Source: a candidate division WOR-3 bacterium
GTDB taxonomy: Bacteria > Hydrothermota > Tepidihabitantia > Tepidihabitantales > Tepidihabitantaceae
DNA length: 64,000 nucleotides
Reading direction: 5' to 3'
Assembly: GCA_965649295.1 (NCBI GenBank)
Contig: CBFGKH010000011.1
Location: 10,748 to 74,747 of the forward strand
Both the position numbers and the translations under genes were made by a program. Under the pieces are notes generated by a model. That model ran no database searches and was not told where the DNA came from. It was given only the letters and a program-made list of their open reading frames with translations. Position 1 is the first letter of the stretch. Each line of letters starts with the position of its first letter. This document shows, in pieces, positions 38,854 to 49,971 of the stretch.

Positions 38854-41800
38854 GTGAAGAAGAGAACACTGGCAGTTGTTCTGCTGCTGCTGGCAGCATA
38901 CACGCTTGGCATGGCTGAGCGGGGGGCCAAGTATTTGATCATTGCCGCGGACGCATTCACCGATATTGTTCAGCCGCTGGCGCAATGGCGAACTAAGAAG
39001 GGTTTACTGGCTAAGGTTGTGTCGGTTTCGCAGGCTGGAGGTAGTGCCAGTGCCATCCAGTCGTACATCAGGAATGCTTACAACACTTGGCCGGTGCGAC
39101 CAGAGTTCGTCGTGCTTGTTGGCGGCCCAGCTCAGGTCCCGCCTTACAATTCTTCAACCGACTGTCCGTACGGTGACATGACCGGTGATTACCTAATGGA
39201 GATATCGGTCGGTCGGTTGTATGCAACCACGGCCCGCGAATGCAGTCTGCAAGTGAATAAGGTGCTCGCATATGAGAAGCCGGTTTGGACTGGCGATACT
39301 CTTTGGTTCCTGCGAGGTACTACTTGTGTGCGTGAGGACAACTCAGCTGACGACACGATCTACTGGAACGATACTCGGCTTGCGCATAGCTACTGGGTGG
39401 ACCGCGGTTATGTGGCGATCGATTCGTTCAGCTCGAATAGGGGCAATAATAGCGCGCAGGTGAACGCGGCCTGCAGTGAAGGCCGCACCTTCGTGACCTA
39501 CCGAGGGCAAGGAGTGTCAACTTGGTGGTCGCCATTTAGCTCGATCACGCCATCGAGTTGGACAAACGGTGCGAGGATGCCGATTGCGGTCGGCGCGACC
39601 TGTGCGACAATGTCTCTTTCTCCGGGAGAGTCGATGTATGGAGACCAGTTCGTTCGTGCCGGCACGCCAAACGGACTGGGGGGCGCGATTGCCTACTTTG
39701 GTACGACCGGAGTAATCTCGCGCGGTGCTTTCTACCGTAGCGCAGTCTTCCGCGGGTTTTTTACGGCGCTGTTCGGGGAGAAGAACGCATGGCTGGGGCC
39801 AGCCACTGTTCGGGGGCGCTATCGAGTTGATTCACTTTACCGCGTCCAGGCTCGGTATCAGGAGTGGAATCTGTTTGGTGACCCGGGACTTTTGGTTTGG
39901 ACCGGCCGACCAATGCACCCACAAATTAGCTACGACTCGGTCATTCCACTTGGACCGCAGACGTACAATGTAGTGGTGAGGGGCAATGGAACGCCGGTGC
40001 AGGACGCGCTCGTCTGCTTGATGATGGACACAACTGTTTATGCTACCGCCTTGACTAATGGCGCGGGTGAGGCGCAGTTGTCAATTAACCCGCCGGTTGT
40101 GGGTACACTCTATCTAACAATCACTGGTGCTAATCTACTGCCGTTTGAGACAACTGTAAGGACGATCGTTTCGGGCGAGCCCTATCTTGTTTCAGGTGGT
40201 CTTGAAATTGACGATTTCGGTGGCAACAACGATCAGGTTGCGAACCCGGGCGAGAGACTCCGGTTGCGTGTGGGCCTCCGGAACTTGGGGACAGTGACTG
40301 CGACAGGCGTGACTGCAGTGCTGCGGATGAATCAGTCTGGCGTGACCGTTCTTGACAGCACGGCGACATACGGCACGGTGCCGGCTGAGAGTGTAGTCTT
40401 CGGTGAGAGTTTCGAACTCGTCCTCGACACGGTTCTCACCGAGGGGCAGACTTTTGCAGGTACAGTGGTGGCAAGGGACAGCGTGGGCCGAAGTTGGAAC
40501 TGCTCAGTTTTGCTCGTTGTTCACGCTGGCCGGATTGTCTTCAGTGGTGTGACCTTACTTGACGCGCCGCCGGGCGGCAACAACAATGGTCGTTTGGGGC
40601 GAGGCGAGAGTGGCCGGCTCGAACTAGCCATCACCAACAGTGGTGGTGCTGGGCTTGGGTCGGTGCGGGCGGTTGTCCGTTGTCTCAATCCGGATGTTGT
40701 TCTCACTGACTCCACCAGCTGGTATGGTACACTCAGCGCTGGCGGCTCAGCGTCTGGTGCTCAGGATCGGCTAGCGTTACAGGCTCCTCTCAATCTGGCG
40801 CGAAACCAGCCGGTGACATTTCGTGCGTTTGTCTGGGCCGATGGCGGCACCTACCATCACTGGGATACCCTTGAGTTCCAGGTGCAAGGTGAACAGGGAG
40901 TTACAAGCGATCCGACTGGGCCAGATGCTTATGGCTACTGGTGTTATGACAACACCGATATCGAAACCGGGCAGGCACCGACCTATAGCTGGTTCGACAT
41001 CTCTAGCATTGGGACGGTGATTCCGGCCGTGTCGGATTCAGATGCGGCCACACGGGCCCTGACTATGCCATTCACCTTCCGGTACTACGGCCGCGCCGGC
41101 ACGACAATGTCAGCCTGTTCGAATGGTTGGCTCTGTTTCGGTACAACAACTTCACGCCGGGGTACCAACAATCCGATGCCAGACACCGGTAGTGCGGCTG
41201 CAATGATTGCGCCGTTTTGGGATGACCTCAATCCCGATGAGAACAACAATGGCTATGGCACAGCCTATCAGTACTACGACGTAGCCAACCACCGTTGGAT
41301 TGTTCAGTATCAGGATTTCGCGCACATTAATCAACCCAACATCCGCGAGACATTTCAGGCCATTTTCTATGACCCGGCCTATCACCCGACGCCGACCGGC
41401 GACGGTGAGATTGTGTTTCAGTACAACCGGGTCTCACTAAATTCCAGTTGTACGGTTGGTATTGAGGATTCTACAGAGACGATTGGTCTGCAATACCTTT
41501 ACAACAACAGTTATGCACCGACGGCTGCCTATCTGCAGGCTGGCCGGGCTCTCAAGTTCACGACCCATCCGCCAAGCAGCCTGACTCTACCATGGCTTGT
41601 GCTGAGCGGTGTCACAGTCAGCGATGCCTTATACGGAAACAACAACGGCGTTGCCGAACCTAATGAGTTGCTGACAGTAGTGGTTGATATCAGAAACTCA
41701 GGTGCCGGTGCAGCGAGTAACATCTCAGCACTGCTGCGGGCAATGGACAGCGAGGGGACGGTGGTTGATTCCGCCGCCCAGCTTGGTGACATCGCTGCCA

Positions 41801-42252
41801 ACGGCCAAGCTGCAAATATTGCCGAACCGTTTACCTACCGGGTCGCGGCGCTGCCGGGTGATTCAGTAGCTGAGCTTGGGGTGGTGCTGAGCGGCAACGG
41901 TTACAGTGGTATTGCCTACTTCTCATTCGGTCTAGGAGTACCGATGGGAGTGACGGTGTCACCGGAGCAGCTCGGTCCCGGCGCCGGACTTACGGCAATC
42001 TGGCCGAATCCAGCCGTACGGGCCGTTCGAGTAAATTACGGTCTCAGGAGAGCAGCGACTGTTGAGCTCGGTCTGTTTGATGCTACCGGGCGGCGCGTCT
42101 TGGAATTGGTTAACGGCCAGCAGCCCGCTGGTCAGTACGGGCTGCTGGTGCCGATTGATGGACTGAGTCAGGGGGTCTATTTCTGCCGGCTCGTTGTGAC
42201 CGATCGTGCGGGAAGTCAAGAGTTCGTTCGTAAGTTGCAGGTGGCAAGGTAG
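38854..42252 (+). CDS. Second C25 (gingipain-family) protein with T9SS-like C-terminal domain; catalytic His position is Gln
   Basis: Signal peptide; YLIIAA, LAQWRTKKG, FVVLVG, SVGRL, TYRGQG, GATC, WNLFGDP; GPDAYGYWCYD; CTD WPNP...DATGRRV...GVYFCRL. Confidence 0.85.
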   Translation: MKKRTLAVVLLLLAAYTLGMAERGAKYLIIAADAFTDIVQPLAQWRTKKGLLAKVVSVSQAGGSASAIQSYIRNAYNTWPVRPEFVVLVGGPAQVPPYNSSTDCPYGDMTGDYLMEISVGRLYATTARECSLQVNKVLAYEKPVWTGDTLWFLRGTTCVREDNSADDTIYWNDTRLAHSYWVDRGYVAIDSFSSNRGNNSAQVNAACSEGRTFVTYRGQGVSTWWSPFSSITPSSWTNGARMPIAVGATCATMSLSPGESMYGDQFVRAGTPNGLGGAIAYFGTTGVISRGAFYRSAVFRGFFTALFGEKNAWLGPATVRGRYRVDSLYRVQARYQEWNLFGDPGLLVWTGRPMHPQISYDSVIPLGPQTYNVVVRGNGTPVQDALVCLMMDTTVYATALTNGAGEAQLSINPPVVGTLYLTITGANLLPFETTVRTIVSGEPYLVSGGLEIDDFGGNNDQVANPGERLRLRVGLRNLGTVTATGVTAVLRMNQSGVTVLDSTATYGTVPAESVVFGESFELVLDTVLTEGQTFAGTVVARDSVGRSWNCSVLLVVHAGRIVFSGVTLLDAPPGGNNNGRLGRGESGRLELAITNSGGAGLGSVRAVVRCLNPDVVLTDSTSWYGTLSAGGSASGAQDRLALQAPLNLARNQPVTFRAFVWADGGTYHHWDTLEFQVQGEQGVTSDPTGPDAYGYWCYDNTDIETGQAPTYSWFDISSIGTVIPAVSDSDAATRALTMPFTFRYYGRAGTTMSACSNGWLCFGTTTSRRGTNNPMPDTGSAAAMIAPFWDDLNPDENNNGYGTAYQYYDVANHRWIVQYQDFAHINQPNIRETFQAIFYDPAYHPTPTGDGEIVFQYNRVSLNSSCTVGIEDSTETIGLQYLYNNSYAPTAAYLQAGRALKFTTHPPSSLTLPWLVLSGVTVSDALYGNNNGVAEPNELLTVVVDIRNSGAGAASNISALLRAMDSEGTVVDSAAQLGDIAANGQAANIAEPFTYRVAALPGDSVAELGVVLSGNGYSGIAYFSFGLGVPMGVTVSPEQLGPGAGLTAIWPNPAVRAVRVNYGLRRAATVELGLFDATGRRVLELVNGQQPAGQYGLLVPIDGLSQGVYFCRLVVTDRAGSQEFVRKLQVAR

Positions 42253-42341
42253 GTCTGGAGTTGTTTTGCTCTCTGCCGCCACCGATGGTGGGGGCAGGAC
42301 CTTGACTCGTTCGGAGAAGGCAGTATTATCACAGCCCAAAG

Positions 42342-42415
42342 GCCCCAGTAGCTCAGAAGGATAGAGCGGCGGTTTCCTAAACCGCAGGTCGAGCGTTCGA
42401 ATCGCTCCTGGGGTA
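42342..42415 (+). tRNA. tRNA-Arg (anticodon CCT), CCA not encoded
   Basis: GCCCCAG/CTGGGGT acceptor stem, TAGCTCAG D-arm, GCGGT-TTCCTAA-ACCGC anticodon arm, GTTCGAATC T-loop; TTGACT-16-TATTAT promoter upstream. Confidence 0.95.
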
Positions 42416-42430
42416 GAAACGAAGAGGAAC

Positions 42431-43129
42431 ATGCAATTCAAAGGCAAGCACTATGTCCGCAAAGAGGACCTGAAAGAGGACCGGTTCCAGCTTTTCGTTG
42501 AACGGGTTATTACCGCTTACTACAAGGACCGACAGAAATTCTGGATTGGGGCCGGGGTAGCAGTGGCAGTGATAATCGGCGCCATTCTGCTCTTACAGAA
42601 TCGCTCAGGCGGTGGCGTCAACCCACAGGCAGAGGTGATGTTCACCCAAGCGCTCGGCATCTATTCCACCGGCGACATGACCCAGGCTGAGGCGGCAATG
42701 AAGGAGGTTGCTGGCCGGTTCGGTCGTGACTTTGTAGGGGCTAAGGCCCGCTACTATCTCGGTAACATATACTACAGTCAAGGCAAGTATGGCGAGGCAA
42801 AGCAGGAGTTTGGCCGGTTCCTTAGTCGGGTAAAGAAAGACCCACTACTTTCACCAGCGGCCCAGTTTGGTATCGGCAACTGTGAGGAGCAGCTTGGCAA
42901 CAGTCAGGCGGCGGCCCGGGCTTATGAAGCAGTCGCCAAGCGCTGGCCCAAGTCGCCATTGGCTTTTGATGCCTGGATGGCTGCGGCTCGTGTCTATCGC
43001 AACGCTGGTTCTTACGCTCAGGCCCAGCAGATCTACGAACGGTTGCTCAAGGACAAAGGGATTGGGCCCAAGGGCGAGGAAGTCAAAACCCAGCTTGCCT
43101 TTGTTCAGGCTCTACAGAATAAGTTCTAG
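42431..43129 (+). CDS. Membrane-anchored tetratricopeptide repeat protein (YfgM/CpoB-like)
   Basis: One TM segment followed by TPR-like repeats (ARYYLGNIYY, AQFGIGNC, A..IYERLL). Confidence 0.75.
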   Translation: MQFKGKHYVRKEDLKEDRFQLFVERVITAYYKDRQKFWIGAGVAVAVIIGAILLLQNRSGGGVNPQAEVMFTQALGIYSTGDMTQAEAAMKEVAGRFGRDFVGAKARYYLGNIYYSQGKYGEAKQEFGRFLSRVKKDPLLSPAAQFGIGNCEEQLGNSQAAARAYEAVAKRWPKSPLAFDAWMAAARVYRNAGSYAQAQQIYERLLKDKGIGPKGEEVKTQLAFVQALQNKF

Positions 43130-43140
43130 CAGTAACTCAC

Positions 43141-43187
43141 AAGCCGCCTGGCAGGACTCCCTTGCTACTTCTGCCAGGCGGCTTTCC
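43141..43187 (+). terminator. Terminator-like hairpin
   Basis: AAGCCGCCTGGCAG ... CTGCCAGGCGGCTTT. Confidence 0.6.
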
Positions 43188-43474
43188 ATCGTTGATGCTC
43201 AAGGGGTGGCTGGCGCTGCCCCCGGTGACAGATAGTTCTGACTGGCAGCCCAGTCGGAAGTCCCGTCAGATGGTCTGCAAGACCTTAATCGACAACCAGC
43301 GCCTCACGGCTCAATGTGGTCAGCTCCAAGAACAGAGTCTGGTCTGCCGGCAACAATCCGGCCGATGCTTTACAATCGCGGCGGACTAACTACAATTGCC
43401 AATGGCGGCGTGCACTCTCTTTAACACATTCCTGTGCCCGGATTGGCCGGCTGGTGCCGGTGCAGCGCTCATGA

Positions 43475-44947
<1,473 letters not shown>

Positions 44948-44981
44948 GGGCCTGCCAATTCTGCCGGACTCGTTTGAGTAA

Positions 44982-45010
44982 AGCGGGGCGGCCTTCTGGC
45001 CGCCCCGTCT
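44982..45010. terminator. Terminator between convergent guaB and malic enzyme genes
   Basis: CGGGGCGGCC-TTCT-GGCCGCCCCG. Confidence 0.65.
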
Positions 45011-45025
45011 GATTGGAGCAGTGTT

Positions 45026-46378
45026 CTAGCTTGCGGGTGCCGGTGGAATGAAGCCTTCTTTCATCATCCACTGAGTTAGCTCGCGGGCTTGCTTGATTGT
45101 TGTGCTAGCCTTCTTGAACAGTTCGTCGCGACTCATAGTGATGCGGGCAACTCCCTGTTCGATGGCCTTCATCCCGACTGCTACAGCTTCGCGTGGAAAT
45201 ACCTCCCAGTCATCCATCGTTGGCACCAAGTAGTCCTGCCGGAGGCCGCGGTCTTCGGCAACTTTGGCCAGTTCGAGGGCAGCGGCAATACACATTTCAT
45301 CGGTAATAGTGCGGGCGTTGACGTCGAGCGCGCCGCGGAAGATGCCAGGGAATCCGAGCGAGTTGTTGACCTGATTGGGGAAGTCAGAGCGGCCAGTGGC
45401 GACAACTGCGGCTCCAGCTTCGAGAGCCTCCCATGGCCAGATTTCTGGTATCGGGTTAGCGCAAACGAAGACTATTGGGTCCTTCGCCATGGACTGAATC
45501 CATTCCGGTTTGACAACATCGGGGCCGGGCGTGGAGAGAGCGATCAGTACGTCAGCCCCTTTCATGGCATCGGCGATCGTACCACGCACGTCCCACTTGT
45601 TTGATATCTCGCACATGTGCCACTTCTCTTTGAAGTTCTCCCTGAGCTCAGTGCGGCCTTTGTGCAGGGTGCCTTTGGTATCGCACATAATGATATTCTC
45701 GGCAGTGACGCCACCCTTGATGCAGACCCGAGCGATAGCAATATTCGAGGCGCCGGCACCGAGCATTGCCACTTTGACCTTGCTGATATCCTTGCCTACG
45801 AATTTGAGGGCGTTGACAAGGCCGGCATAGGTAACAGCCGCCGTGCCCTGCTGGTCGTCGTGCCAGACGGGAACGTTCATCTCTGCCCGCAGGGTGTCGA
45901 GAATACGGAAGCACTTGGGTTGGGCGATGTCTTCGAGGTTGAAGCCGCCGAAAGATGGTTCGAGCAGCTTGGCGGTGCGGATGAATTCGTCCGGGTCTTT
46001 GGTGCGCAGGGCGATGGGCACCGCATCAACTCCGCCGAGGTACTTGAAGAGCAGGGCTTTGCCTTCCATTACGGGCATTGAAGCTTCAGGTCCAATGTCA
46101 CCGAGCCCGAGCACGCGAGTGCCGTCAGTAAGAACGCAAATGGTGTTGGCTCGATTGGTGTGCACAAACGATTTCTCGGGATGGGCTTCAATGTCTTTGC
46201 AGGGTGCAGCTACGCCGGGTGTGTACCAGATAGCAAAGTCGTTGAAGTCGCGAATGCAGCACTTGGGCACGGTCTGGTACTTACCCTTATAGAACGGATG
46301 CAGCAGCATTGCGTCGGCAGAAGGCTTCTTTGCTTTGGCAATGAGCTGGTCAATTTCGGCCTGTGACAGTCGTTTCAT
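45026..46378 (-). CDS. NAD(P)-dependent malic enzyme (no PTA domain)
   Basis: YTPGVA, DGTRVLGLGDIG, PVMEGKALLFK, NLEDI, HDDQQGTA, GAGA, ANP.PEI and TGRSDFPNQVNN. Confidence 0.93.
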   Translation of the reverse strand: MKRLSQAEIDQLIAKAKKPSADAMLLHPFYKGKYQTVPKCCIRDFNDFAIWYTPGVAAPCKDIEAHPEKSFVHTNRANTICVLTDGTRVLGLGDIGPEASMPVMEGKALLFKYLGGVDAVPIALRTKDPDEFIRTAKLLEPSFGGFNLEDIAQPKCFRILDTLRAEMNVPVWHDDQQGTAAVTYAGLVNALKFVGKDISKVKVAMLGAGASNIAIARVCIKGGVTAENIIMCDTKGTLHKGRTELRENFKEKWHMCEISNKWDVRGTIADAMKGADVLIALSTPGPDVVKPEWIQSMAKDPIVFVCANPIPEIWPWEALEAGAAVVATGRSDFPNQVNNSLGFPGIFRGALDVNARTITDEMCIAAALELAKVAEDRGLRQDYLVPTMDDWEVFPREAVAVGMKAIEQGVARITMSRDELFKKASTTIKQARELTQWMMKEGFIPPAPAS

Positions 46379-46399
46379 AGTCTTCTCCTTTGCCGCCGA

Positions 46400-47779
46400 T
46401 CAGGCTTTCTTCGGCGGCCTGATGAGCAATGTCAGGAATACGGCAACGACGCACATCGCGCCCGCGACAAGGAACGCGAGACGGTAGTTGCCGACGGTGA
46501 AGGTCTCCTCAACAATGTTGCCGGCCGCGTCCGCGACCTGGTAGGGAACCGTGGCCGAAACGCGCATCAGCCTGGCGGCGAGGAACGGGCCGACGATGCC
46601 GCCGATGCCGTAGGCCGAGAACATCCAGCCGTAGTTGATGCCGTAGTGCTTGGTGCCAAAGAAGTCGGCAGTGAATGCGGGAAAGAGCGCCAGGTAGCCG
46701 CCGAAGCAGAGTCCGACGACCGAGACGCCGATGAGGTAGAGTGCGTAGGAGCGGAAGAAGTCGAGCGCGAACATCGCGGCGGCGCAGATGATGAGCATTA
46801 TCACGAGCGTCGGCTTGCGGCCGATGCTGTCGGATATCTTGCCCCAGAGAATCCGGCCGAGCGAGTTGAAGATGGCGAGAATCGAGACGGCCATCGCGGC
46901 GGCCGAGCTGATGGCGCCGAATGTCGTCGGGTCGACCGGCGGCTGGCAGGCGCCGATGGCGCAGGACTGCCAGACCGGCGACGCCTTCATTATCACCTGC
47001 AGGCCGGTGGTGCAGCCGGCCAGGTAGACGAGCCAGAGCAGCCAGAACTGCGGAGTTCCGAGCATCTGGCCCGGCGTGTAGTCAATCCTGGGCGCGGTGC
47101 CGGTCTTGGGCTGCGGTGGATTCCAGCCGGCAGGCTTGTACCCGGCCGGCGGGTTGCGCAGGAGCTGGGCCGCGAGCACGACCGCCACGAGGAAGATGAT
47201 GCCCAAAGTCATGAAGGTGTTGAACACGCCGAGCTTGGGCAGGCCGAACAGGCTCGCGCCGAGAATCTGGTACTTGCCGCCGGTGATGAGGCCCTTGGCC
47301 AGCGGTGCGAAGAAGAACGCGCCCGCGCCGAATCCGGCAACCGCGAGTCCGGTGATGAGACCGCGCTTGTCCGGGAACCACTTCACGCAGGTGGCAATCG
47401 GGCAGACGTAGGCCATTCCGATGCCGAGCCCGCCGAGGACCGAGAAGGTCAGGATCAGCCAGAACAGGGCGGTGCCGGCAGGGAAGCTGCCGGTGAAGCG
47501 GGCAAGGATGAGCCCTATACCGAGCACGAGCCCGCCGATGCTCGCGATGACGCGCGGGCCGAACCGGTCCTGGAACCGGCCGCCGAAGATGACGGCGATT
47601 GCGAACGCGGCAAGGACGATCTGGGCGGGCAGGGTGACTTGCGTTTCGGTCCAGGTCGGGAAGAACGCCTTGAGCGGGCTCTGGAACACACTCCAGATGT
47701 AGACGGCGCCCAGGCTGACCTGGATTACCAGCGCACCGACGACAACCAGCCAGCGGTTGAAGACTTTCGTTTCTGCCAT
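46400..47779 (-). CDS. OFA/OxlT-family MFS transporter
   Basis: LGAVYIWSVF, QDRFGPR, KWFPDKRGLITGLAVAGFGAG, GRILWGKISD.IGR and DFFG.K.YG.NYG. Confidence 0.9.
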   Translation of the reverse strand: MAETKVFNRWLVVVGALVIQVSLGAVYIWSVFQSPLKAFFPTWTETQVTLPAQIVLAAFAIAVIFGGRFQDRFGPRVIASIGGLVLGIGLILARFTGSFPAGTALFWLILTFSVLGGLGIGMAYVCPIATCVKWFPDKRGLITGLAVAGFGAGAFFFAPLAKGLITGGKYQILGASLFGLPKLGVFNTFMTLGIIFLVAVVLAAQLLRNPPAGYKPAGWNPPQPKTGTAPRIDYTPGQMLGTPQFWLLWLVYLAGCTTGLQVIMKASPVWQSCAIGACQPPVDPTTFGAISSAAAMAVSILAIFNSLGRILWGKISDSIGRKPTLVIMLIICAAAMFALDFFRSYALYLIGVSVVGLCFGGYLALFPAFTADFFGTKHYGINYGWMFSAYGIGGIVGPFLAARLMRVSATVPYQVADAAGNIVEETFTVGNYRLAFLVAGAMCVVAVFLTLLIRPPKKA

Positions 47780-47800
47780 CGAGCCTCCTTGGTGCGGACA

Positions 47801-47869
47801 GGAATCAAGGAATCAAGGATTCAAGGAGTCCAGTGACCGGACCCTCGAATCCTTGAATCCCCGGATCCT
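47801..47869. repeat. 8-mer tandem repeats arranged as an inverted pair
   Basis: GGAATCAA GGAATCAA GGATTCAA GGAGTCCA ... CCCTCGAA TCCTTGAA TCCCCGGA TCC. Confidence 0.7.
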
Positions 47870-47873
47870 CTCT

Positions 47874-49778
47874 TTACTCGTCGAGCGTCGAGATATCGCC
47901 AACTTCCTTGCCGAGGGCCTCGGCCTTGAGTAGACGGCGCATAATCTTGCCCGAACGGGTCTTGGGCAGTTTATCACGGAACTCGATTGAGTCGGGCCGG
48001 GCAATTGGCCCAATCTCACTCGCGACCCACTTCTTCAGTTCCTCTTTGAGCGCATCGGTTTTCTCAAACCCGACCTTGAGCGTGACATAGGCCTTAGGAA
48101 CGTCGCCCTTGATTGGGTCAGGAACGCCGATGACCGCAGCTTCGGCAACAGCGGGATGGGCGACGAGCGCTGATTCGATCTCAGCGGTGCCAAGCCGATG
48201 GCCGGCCACGTTGAGAACCTCGTCGGCGCGGCCGCGGAACCAGAAGTAACCGTCGGCATCCTTGGTGCAGGAATCACCGGTAAGGTATTTGCCTGGGAAG
48301 CGCGACCAGTAGGCTTCCTTGTAGCGCTCTGGGTCCTTATAGAGGGTGCGTAGCATCGCCGGCCAGGGTTTCAAGAGAACTGCAAAGCCGTTCTCCATCG
48401 CTTTGACAGGTCGGCCTTCGCCATCAACCACATCGGCTATGATGCCGGGCAGCGGCCGGGTTGCCGATCCAGCCTTGAGCGGCGTGATCGGTAGTGGCGA
48501 AATCATGAAGTTACCAGTCTCGGTCTGCCACCAGGTGTCCATGATCGGCAGCTTGTCGGCACCAATATTGGCCCGATACCAGCGCCAGGCCTCAGGGTTG
48601 ATCGGTTCACCGACCGAGCCCAGTAGCCGTAGGCTGGAAAGGTCGTGCTTTCTCGGGAACTCTTCGCCAAAGCGCATGAACATTCGGATGGCTGTTGGCG
48701 AGGTATAGAGAATGGTGACCTTCTCGCGGGCGATGACGCTCCACCAGCGGTCAGGAGCCGGAAAGTCGGGTGCGCCCTCATACAGGATCGACGTCGCACC
48801 ATTCATCAGTGGCGCATAGACGATGTAGGAGTGACCAGTGACCCAACCGACATCAGCTGCACACCAGTAGATGTCCTCGGGCTTGATGTCGAAGACGAAG
48901 CGCAGAGTCGAGTACGTGCCGACCGCGTAACCGCCGTGGACGTGGACAATGCCTTTTGGTTTCCCAGTCGTGCCAGAAGTGTAGAGAATATAGAGTGGGT
49001 CCTCGGGATCGAGCTGTTCGGTCGGACATTCGTCGGACTCGTTTGCCGTGAGTTCGTGCCACCAGAGGTCGCGGCCTGGTTTCATCTCGACCGGGTTGCC
49101 GGCGCGTTTGAAGACGATGCAGTGCTGGAGTGACGGACAATCGGCGATTCCAGGGTCAGCGTTCGCCTTAAGTGTCACAATCTTGCCGCGGCGATAGCCG
49201 CCGTCAGCTGTAATCAGCAGCTTGGCTTCGGCATCGTTGATGCGGTCGCGCAAGGAGGCAGATGAGAAGCCGGAGAAGACGACTGAGTGAATGGCGCCGA
49301 GCTTGGCGCAAGCAAGCATTGCCACCGGCAGTTGTGGAATCATCGGCATGAAGATGGTGACACGATCTCCCTTCTTGATGCCGAGTTTCTTCATTGCATT
49401 GGCCAGCTTGTTCACCTCGCGGTAGAGCATCGCGTAGGTCCAGCGCTCGACCGGTTGGTCAGTGGGCTCCGGTTCGTAGATATAGGCAACCTTGTCTTTG
49501 ACGGCAGTCTTCATGTGCCGGTCGAGGCAGTTGTGGACGATGTTGAAGCTACCGCCAGTGAACCACTTATAGAAAGGGGCGTTGGAGTCGTCGAGGATTC
49601 GAGTGTAGGGTTTATACCACTCTAGTTCCTGGGCAACCTCGTTCCAATACCAGTTGTGATCTTCGGCCCGTTTGAGAAGCCCGTCAAGGTCGGCGATGCC
49701 GTGCTTCTTCATGAAGGCCATTATGTTCGATTTCTCGACCAGCTCCTGGGGGGGCTGGAATATCTGCTCATCGGCCAT
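47874..49778 (-). CDS. acs: Acetate--CoA ligase (AMP-forming)
   Basis: [39 protein letters not shown] and [12 protein letters not shown]. Confidence 0.95.
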   Translation of the reverse strand: MADEQIFQPPQELVEKSNIMAFMKKHGIADLDGLLKRAEDHNWYWNEVAQELEWYKPYTRILDDSNAPFYKWFTGGSFNIVHNCLDRHMKTAVKDKVAYIYEPEPTDQPVERWTYAMLYREVNKLANAMKKLGIKKGDRVTIFMPMIPQLPVAMLACAKLGAIHSVVFSGFSSASLRDRINDAEAKLLITADGGYRRGKIVTLKANADPGIADCPSLQHCIVFKRAGNPVEMKPGRDLWWHELTANESDECPTEQLDPEDPLYILYTSGTTGKPKGIVHVHGGYAVGTYSTLRFVFDIKPEDIYWCAADVGWVTGHSYIVYAPLMNGATSILYEGAPDFPAPDRWWSVIAREKVTILYTSPTAIRMFMRFGEEFPRKHDLSSLRLLGSVGEPINPEAWRWYRANIGADKLPIMDTWWQTETGNFMISPLPITPLKAGSATRPLPGIIADVVDGEGRPVKAMENGFAVLLKPWPAMLRTLYKDPERYKEAYWSRFPGKYLTGDSCTKDADGYFWFRGRADEVLNVAGHRLGTAEIESALVAHPAVAEAAVIGVPDPIKGDVPKAYVTLKVGFEKTDALKEELKKWVASEIGPIARPDSIEFRDKLPKTRSGKIMRRLLKAEALGKEVGDISTLDE

Positions 49779-49971
49779 CGTGGGTTCCTCCTTTAAGAGT
49801 GCTGACCAACTAAGTCGTTTCAGACTCGCTGATATTGCCAGGATATCGGTTTAAAGGTGCCCTGCAGCGAAGCAGGACGTCAGGCGGAAGTATATGGTAA
49901 AGGGTTTGGCCGGTCAAGCCTGCAGGCTAGCGTTGATTGACACTGTTGGGGCTAGTGGTATGGTTAGTTCT

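Noticed and set aside
42342..42430. tRNA-Arg as an integration site bounding the pgs/C25 region
   Set aside because: No integrase and no duplicated tRNA 3' end seen; the operon lies 5' of the tRNA and its composition looks native
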